DNA of 64,000 nt, taken from IMG/VR virus record IMGVR_UViG_3300032523_001510; one strand, given 5' to 3'. Origin of the DNA: an uncultured virus (IMG/VR IMGVR_UViG_3300032523_001510) (Duplodnaviria > Heunggongvirae > Uroviricota > Caudoviricetes). Positions 58,195-64,000 of this stretch are shown here, in pieces (positions within the stretch are counted from its first letter, which is position 1; the number at the start of each line of letters is the position of its first letter). The position numbers and the translations under genes are program-made. The notes below the pieces were generated by a model. It saw only the letters and a program-made list of their open reading frames with translations. It did no database searches and was not told the origin of the DNA.

Positions 58195-59697
58195 ATGAGT
58201 TTGACACCAGAAGAACAAGCGATAATCGAGTCGTTAACGAATCCAGAAACGCAACAGACGAAGTTTTCATGGGACGATATGTTCCAAAAGAAATTGCTTG
58301 GTATGTTGCTTACTGATAAATACATGTTGATTCAAAGTATCGACAAACTAAAGCCAGAATATTTTTCAAATGAAATACATGTTCTGATATCGAAAATTTT
58401 ATTCGACTACTTCAAAGAAAAGAATTCTATTCCTGATCATTTTATAATGAACACGGAACTCACCTCGAAGATAAAAGACAAAGATAAAACTATTCAGTTG
58501 TATCATTGTGCTGAATTAGGAAGTTTATATAGCTATTATGTTCCCGGACTTGATACGAGAGAATACCTTATCGATAAGGTATTCTACTTTGCTAAAGTAC
58601 AAGCGGTAAAAGTAGCATTTCACAATTGTCTTGAAAAAATGAAAAAGGCACCAGAGGAAGAAAAGACTTGGGCGTATGTTTACGAGCAAATGCGTCAGTC
58701 TATGTTAATCGAGCGATCATATGAACCGGGGCTTGAATACTTTTTAAATATAGATTTGATGTTTGATCGCATGGAAGATCAGTTCGCTGGTAAGGATAGA
58801 TTCACATCTGGATTTCCTTCTATAGATAACAATTTGACTGGAGGTGGCTTATTTCATGGGCAAATAGCTTCGTGGATAGGATTGCCCGGTACTGGCAAGT
58901 CTTTGGCTCTTTCGAAGGCTGCTGTTGCTAATGTTCTTTTAGGCCATAAAGTTTTATATTTAACTATGGAAATGGATGAGATAGGAATAGCAACAAGATT
59001 TACATCTCAATTTACAAAGATTGATATAAATTTATTAAAAGAGAACAGAGATCAAGTTAAGAGTACGATTGAAGAATTTAAAAAGGACAAAGAAAATTCT
59101 AATCTTTTAATTGTAAAGCAATTTCCCGGTGGCATGATCGATGTCAATGGTATTAGAGCTTATCACGCTCAATTGCTTCTTAGAGGTTGGAAGCCAGATT
59201 TAGTTATTGTCGATTATGTAGGAGAAATGAAAGATGATCCGACTGTTAAGAAGTACGAGTCTGCTTATAGAATATTAAGGGATTTAAGAGGTTTTGGAGT
59301 CGAACAAAATCATTGTACATTTACATGTATGCAGCCAAATCAATCAGCAGCAAAATTAGAATTAAACGAATATATTGATGAATCAAACATAGGAACATCG
59401 TTTGATCAATACAAACCACTTGATGCTTTTTGGTCTATTAATCAAAAAAGTTCCGAGAAGGATGCTGAAATAGGAAGGGTATTTGTTATTAAGCACAGAA
59501 ATGGACAATCAAGGTATAATTTCAAAATAGGATTTGATTTATCCATGGGTACATTGGATTTGTATGAAATAACAAATGAAAAATATAAAGAATTATTTAG
59601 CACTTCGAATTCTCATAAAACAGAAGATTTAAATTTCGATCAGTTTAAGGCTGGCGGGAAAAAGAAAAAATCTGAATCATTTGATGACGAAGAATGA
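58195..59697 (+). CDS. dnaB: DnaB/gp41-like replicative helicase
   Basis: GLPGTGKS, LTMEM, IVDY and KHRNG motifs. Confidence 0.93.
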   Translation: MSLTPEEQAIIESLTNPETQQTKFSWDDMFQKKLLGMLLTDKYMLIQSIDKLKPEYFSNEIHVLISKILFDYFKEKNSIPDHFIMNTELTSKIKDKDKTIQLYHCAELGSLYSYYVPGLDTREYLIDKVFYFAKVQAVKVAFHNCLEKMKKAPEEEKTWAYVYEQMRQSMLIERSYEPGLEYFLNIDLMFDRMEDQFAGKDRFTSGFPSIDNNLTGGGLFHGQIASWIGLPGTGKSLALSKAAVANVLLGHKVLYLTMEMDEIGIATRFTSQFTKIDINLLKENRDQVKSTIEEFKKDKENSNLLIVKQFPGGMIDVNGIRAYHAQLLLRGWKPDLVIVDYVGEMKDDPTVKKYESAYRILRDLRGFGVEQNHCTFTCMQPNQSAAKLELNEYIDESNIGTSFDQYKPLDAFWSINQKSSEKDAEIGRVFVIKHRNGQSRYNFKIGFDLSMGTLDLYEITNEKYKELFSTSNSHKTEDLNFDQFKAGGKKKKSESFDDEE

Positions 59698-59780
59698 TTA
59701 TAAATTTTTCAAACTAGCATTGATTAAATTTAATTATATATTTTAATGTGTGTGTACGAACATCAAACGAGGTAATTCAA

Positions 59781-60281
59781 ATGTCAGACGAAATTCCGAA
59801 CGAATGCATTGTTGTCGTGGTATGTGGTAAAGATGTCAGGTTAGATCCAGAATACATGAAATTCAATGAAGCTAATATCAATAAATTCATGGAACAAGAG
59901 TATGGATGGATTGATTACTTTGGAAAACAACTTGAATTGGCTCAGAAGGAATTAGCCTTGGCATCATTAGAATATGATGTTCTGTATAACGAAAAATACA
60001 TTCAAGTTAAAGATCAGGGAAATTCCGACACATATTCAAAGGCTAAAGCTCAAACAGATACTGTGGTTATCGATAGTTATAAAAAAATGCTTTCAAAGCG
60101 AGAAACGGTTGGTCTTATAAAAGCATATCTTAGAGCTTGGGATAGAAATCATGATAATGCTCAAAATCGTGGTCATACTCTTAGAAAAGAATTCGAAAAG
60201 CTGAAAGATACTAGGTCTGCTGATTTTCCAGATGTAAGTTACAATCAAGACAAGCAAATAGAGGACATATTAAATGGCTGA
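59781..60281 (+). CDS. UvsY-like recombination mediator (helical)
   Basis: GAGG RBS before MSDEIP; size, helical pattern and position fit UvsY-like proteins. Confidence 0.5.
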   Translation: MSDEIPNECIVVVVCGKDVRLDPEYMKFNEANINKFMEQEYGWIDYFGKQLELAQKELALASLEYDVLYNEKYIQVKDQGNSDTYSKAKAQTDTVVIDSYKKMLSKRETVGLIKAYLRAWDRNHDNAQNRGHTLRKEFEKLKDTRSADFPDVSYNQDKQIEDILNG

Positions 60282-60804
60282 TTTTGAAAATGCAAAGCAT
60301 TATTCCTTTTCAGACCACCAACTCGAACAAAACATATTATTTTGGCTGTGTGCCGAAGATAATGATATTTTGAACGTTGCTAAAAATTTAAATGCATTTT
60401 TAGATAAATGGAATGATAAAGGAAAACTTTCTCCTTTTCAAAGCATAAGAAGCATGGTTGATAAAACAAATGTTCCATTGGAAATTAAAAACTTTGCGAT
60501 AAAAGATCATAACGAAAAAGCTATAGTTTTTATACTCCTTGCTTTTTCTGGAATCAATCTTCGCACTTGTTCGTTTAAAGAATTTTTAAAAGTAAAAGGA
60601 TTGAAAAACAATGTCGTTAAATGTTTTTTAATTCATACAAGACAGCTTTGCGTTGAAGATTATACTTATGAAATAAGTTCGAACAAACCAGAAACAAAAA
60701 AAACAATTAATTCAAAGGAACAAAAATCTAAGGACATCATAGACAACAGAGAAATGTTAGATTTTGATTTAAGTGTATGGAACATTATCAGGAAAAATAA
60801 ATGA
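60274..60804 (+). CDS. Hypothetical protein, possibly degenerate HhH DNA glycosylase-like
   Basis: LEQNILFWLCA...FLKVKGLKNNVVKCFLIHTR pattern. Confidence 0.45.
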   Translation: MADFENAKHYSFSDHQLEQNILFWLCAEDNDILNVAKNLNAFLDKWNDKGKLSPFQSIRSMVDKTNVPLEIKNFAIKDHNEKAIVFILLAFSGINLRTCSFKEFLKVKGLKNNVVKCFLIHTRQLCVEDYTYEISSNKPETKKTINSKEQKSKDIIDNREMLDFDLSVWNIIRKNK

Positions 60805-61529
60805 TAGATGTTAATAGGATTTACAATGAAGATTGTCTTGAAACAATGTCGAGAATGCATGATGGATTTGTTGGATTGACTGTGACGAGTCCTCCATATG
60901 ATAATTTGCGTATTTATAATGGTTATGTTTTTGATTATAAAAAAACAGCGGAAAGTTTGTATAGAGTGACTAAATCTGGAGGTGTCGTTGTTTGGGTTAT
61001 TGCCGATGGAAGTGTAGATGGTGGAGAAACAGGAACTAGCTTTGAACAAGCTCTTTATTTTAAGAATATAGGATTTAAAATTCACGACACTATGATTTAT
61101 GAAAAAACAGGATTCTCAAATCCAAGTTCGACTAGGTATCATCAAGTTTTTGAATATATGTTTGTGTTCAGTAAAGGTTCTCCTAAAACATTCAATCCAA
61201 TAAAAGATAGAGAAAACAAATACAAAGGAGTTCATGGTGGCGAAAGATCTTTTCGTGAAGATTTTGGCATGAGATATAACGTTTGGAAGTACGCTAATGG
61301 TGGAGGCAATACTTCGAAAGACAAAGAAGCGTTTAAACATCCAGCCCCAATGCCAGAAAAACTTGCTAATGATCATATAGTTAGTTGGAGCAACGAAGGC
61401 GATTTAGTCTATGACCCTTTCATGGGAAGTGGAACTACAGCTAAAATGGCCATCCTAAACAAACGTAACTTTATAGGTAGCGAAATATCAAAGGACTATT
61501 GCGATATCGCAGAGAAAAGAATTGGGTAA
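60801..61529 (+). CDS. DNA amino-methyltransferase (N4-C/N6-A, beta class)
   Basis: TSPPY precedes DPFMGSGTT. Confidence 0.95.
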   Translation: MIDVNRIYNEDCLETMSRMHDGFVGLTVTSPPYDNLRIYNGYVFDYKKTAESLYRVTKSGGVVVWVIADGSVDGGETGTSFEQALYFKNIGFKIHDTMIYEKTGFSNPSSTRYHQVFEYMFVFSKGSPKTFNPIKDRENKYKGVHGGERSFREDFGMRYNVWKYANGGGNTSKDKEAFKHPAPMPEKLANDHIVSWSNEGDLVYDPFMGSGTTAKMAILNKRNFIGSEISKDYCDIAEKRIG

Positions 61530-62145
61530 AAATTTATGAAAAATTATGAAGATAGACAAGAAGCAAAAAAAGCAAAATCTGAAAAGTGGATAACAGAATG
61601 TGTTGACTTTTGGATTGATAAAATTGATGAATGTGATCTTGGAACTGATTTTTCTGAAGCAACAACAAATTGCTGGAGATGTGGATACTTAAGAAAACTT
61701 CAAAAATGTCACATCATTCCCAAAAGTCTTGGTGGTGAAGACAAACCAGAAAATATCATTCCACTATGTTTACAATGCCATGATGAAATGCCAGATGTCC
61801 GTGACAAAGAAGAAGTCTTTAAATGGATCAAATCTAGTCATGGAACTATTTATGATACATTTTGGGCGGAAATTTCATTTGAAATGGCAGATTGCAATTT
61901 AGATGATGCTTTTAAAAATGTTGACAATCCAAAGGCTAAAATGGATTTTTTTATTGAAAGAATTAAATTTTATTCGGGAGAAACATCATCTCATTTTGGG
62001 CAATCATCTGGTGGATCTAGAATGAAACCTTCTACAAGAGCATGGGTTATAAAAAAATCTTTTTCTGATACATTTAAAACAAACGAAACTTTATAGGTAG
62101 CGAAATATCAAAAGATTACTGCGATATCGCAGAGAAAAGAATCGG
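61457..62145 (+). repeat. 69-bp imperfect direct repeat (61457-61525 and 62077-62145) flanking the HNH gene
   Basis: 64/69 identical. All differences are synonymous in the methyltransferase frame. Confidence 0.92.
61536..62096 (+). CDS. HNH endonuclease
   Basis: CWRCG...CHIIPKSLGGEDKPENIIPLCLQCH motif. Confidence 0.9.
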   Translation: MKNYEDRQEAKKAKSEKWITECVDFWIDKIDECDLGTDFSEATTNCWRCGYLRKLQKCHIIPKSLGGEDKPENIIPLCLQCHDEMPDVRDKEEVFKWIKSSHGTIYDTFWAEISFEMADCNLDDAFKNVDNPKAKMDFFIERIKFYSGETSSHFGQSSGGSRMKPSTRAWVIKKSFSDTFKTNETL

Positions 62146-62156
62146 AGGCATCACAA

Positions 62157-62930
62157 TTGATAAATAAAATACACAACGAAGATTGCCTCGATACTATGGC
62201 TAGAATGCCAGATGATTTTATCGATTTAACTATAACATCTCCTCCTTATGATAATCTTAGAACATATGATGGATATTCATTTGATTTTGAAAGAACAGCA
62301 AAAGAGTTATATCGAGTAACAAAGCAAGGTGGTGTTTGTGTTTGGGTGGTTGGCGATGCGACAATTAATGGAAGCGAAACTGGAAATAGCTTTAGGCAAG
62401 CCATTGGTTTTTTGAATATAGGATTTAATTTGTTTGACACAATGATATACGCCAAGCCACCAAGAGGTGCAGTCGGAAACAACAAGTCATATTGGCAAAC
62501 ATTTGAATATATGTTTGTTTTATCTAAGAATAAGATAAAAAAAATCAATCTTATATGCGATAGAAAAAACAAAGAGAGTAGAGATGGCGATAAAGGAACT
62601 AAACGGACAAAAAGCGGAGAACTTAAAAATGTAAGTCGTTCTGGATATGGAACGACAGGAAGAAGAACTAATATATGGCAATACAATACTGGAAAAGGAC
62701 ACTCGACAAAAGACAAAATAGCGTTTAATCATCCTGCAATATTTCCAGAGCAACTTGCTAATGATCATGTAGTTAGTTGGAGCGATGAAGGCGATTTGGT
62801 TTATGATCCTTTTGCTGGAAGTGGTACTACTTTAAAAATGGCATTACTCAATAGAAGAAACTTTATCGGCAGTGAAGTTTCTAGTGAGTATTGCCAAATT
62901 GCAAATCAGAGAATTGGAGATTTAAAATGA
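62157..62930 (+). CDS. Second DNA amino-methyltransferase (beta class)
   Basis: TSPPY, HPAIFP and DPFAGSGTT motifs; GGAGG before a TTG start. Confidence 0.95.
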   Translation: MINKIHNEDCLDTMARMPDDFIDLTITSPPYDNLRTYDGYSFDFERTAKELYRVTKQGGVCVWVVGDATINGSETGNSFRQAIGFLNIGFNLFDTMIYAKPPRGAVGNNKSYWQTFEYMFVLSKNKIKKINLICDRKNKESRDGDKGTKRTKSGELKNVSRSGYGTTGRRTNIWQYNTGKGHSTKDKIAFNHPAIFPEQLANDHVVSWSDEGDLVYDPFAGSGTTLKMALLNRRNFIGSEVSSEYCQIANQRIGDLK

Positions 62931-63388
62931 ATGAAAAAATACTGCCGATAAGAAAAAAAAACTTAAACGACTTAATTGAATTAGAGTCCATTTGTTTTCC
63001 GACACCTTGGATCGAAAAAGATTTCAAAGTTATTTTGACAAGGGAAAAGACAGCAGCGTTTTATTATGAGTTAGATAATAAAATGATAGGATATATTATT
63101 TACGAAATGAAGCCAAAGCATGTGTTGCTTGTTAATTTCGCAGTACATCCCGATTATAGAAACAAAAAAATAGGAACAGAATTATTAGATTTTTTAACAT
63201 CTAAATTGAATCATAAAACTAGATTTGAAATCATTTGCTATGTTGACGAATATAATTTAAATGCACAGCTTTTTTTAAAAAAAAGAAGTTTTTTTGCCAC
63301 TCACAATATAAAGAATTTTTTCGAGAATGATTCTGGGGCTATATATTTCATGTATTCTCTTCCTCCTAAAAAAGAAAGCAAAAAATGA
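62927..63388 (+). CDS. RimI-like GNAT acetyltransferase
   Basis: CFPTPW, NFAVHPDYRNKKIG and NLNAQLF motifs. Start at MNEKI. Confidence 0.85.
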   Translation: MNEKILPIRKKNLNDLIELESICFPTPWIEKDFKVILTREKTAAFYYELDNKMIGYIIYEMKPKHVLLVNFAVHPDYRNKKIGTELLDFLTSKLNHKTRFEIICYVDEYNLNAQLFLKKRSFFATHNIKNFFENDSGAIYFMYSLPPKKESKK

Positions 63389-63876
63389 ATTTCAATGAAA
63401 TATTTGAATCTGAAGAATTGTCATCTTATAAACCTTCTAGTGATGAAAAGTGGGATTATAGATTTTTGGAATTGTGCAAATTAGTTTCGTCTTGGTCTAA
63501 AGACCCAAGCACTAAGGTTGGTGCTGTAATTGTAGATCAAGATAAAAGAGTTGTGTCTTTGGGATATAATGGATTTCCAAAAGGCGTTAGTGATTTTGAT
63601 TCAAGATACGATGATAGAAATTTAAAATATAAATATGTTGTTCATGCAGAAAGAAATGCAATTATATTCGCAAAGACAGATTTGAAAGATTGTATTATTT
63701 ATACATGGCCTTTAATGCCATGTTCTGCTTGTGCTGGAATTATAATTCAATCTGGAATTAAAAAAGTTATAAGTGTCGTGAACGACAATGAAAGGTGGAA
63801 CGAAGAGTTTGAATTTTCAAAACAAATGTTTAATGAAGTTGGAATTGAATTGGAATTAAAAAAGAGATTCGAGTAA
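63385..63876 (+). CDS. dCMP deaminase
   Basis: SKDPSTKVGA, GYNG, HAERNA and PCSAC motifs. Confidence 0.95.
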   Translation: MNFNEIFESEELSSYKPSSDEKWDYRFLELCKLVSSWSKDPSTKVGAVIVDQDKRVVSLGYNGFPKGVSDFDSRYDDRNLKYKYVVHAERNAIIFAKTDLKDCIIYTWPLMPCSACAGIIIQSGIKKVISVVNDNERWNEEFEFSKQMFNEVGIELELKKRFE

Positions 63877-63909
63877 ACTCAAATCTCTTTTTGTATTATT
63901 GAGCTAAAA

Positions 63910-63999
63910 TTAGCCTTCAATTATACCGTCTACATTGAGTAGAGTTTGTTCGACATCGTTGAATTCTTCGCCATCGATAACGCTTACTGATTTTCGTGC
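63910..63999 (-). CDS. C-terminal fragment of a gene entering from beyond the window
   Basis: Open frame ...ARKSVSVIDGEEFNDVEQTLLNVDGIIEG* ending at 63910. Confidence 0.5.
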   Translation of the reverse strand, partial: ARKSVSVIDGEEFNDVEQTLLNVDGIIEG

Positions 64000-64000
64000 G

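Noticed and set aside
37867..59697. Inteins or introns in RNR, the helicases or the polymerase
   Set aside because: The proteins are of normal or short length with contiguous motifs and no intein-type termini.
60801..62930. Type II restriction-modification system (two MTases plus HNH)
   Set aside because: Not excluded, but the recoded duplication flanking the HNH gene is better explained by a mobile endonuclease insertion between pre-existing tandem MTases.
1..64000. Stop-codon reassignment as seen in some large phages
   Set aside because: Standard-code ORFs tile the window densely, and TAA, TAG and TGA all terminate full-length genes.

Overview
This is an AT-rich, gene-dense 64 kb segment of a large contractile-tailed (T4-like or jumbo) bacteriophage genome in the standard genetic code. 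It holds neck/tail genes (gp13-, gp14-, gp15-like, sheath gp18, two gp19-like tubes, gp26/gp51-like), a gp55-like late sigma factor, nucleotide metabolism (pyrG, class II RNR, dCMP deaminase) and recombination/replication genes (gp46/gp47, Dda, UvsW, DnaB, UvsY-like, Hjc-like resolvase, short PolA). It also holds a MoxR/VWA pair, two DNA methyltransferases around an HNH gene, and about 15 glycan-related genes. Main leads: (1) a ~640 nt ORF-free region folding into a long nested multi-stem structure directly upstream of a thumb-less family A polymerase, a sigma-like gene and DnaB; (2) about 11 unrelated orphan proteins sharing an N-terminal motif like the T4 capsid-targeting sequence; (3) a -1 frameshift signal fusing gp26-like and gp51-like ORFs; (4) an HNH gene flanked by a synonymously recoded duplicate of the methyltransferase 3' end; (5) an orphan tnpB/omegaRNA-like remnant. 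All functional calls come from motif recognition by eye. No searches or folding computations were run.
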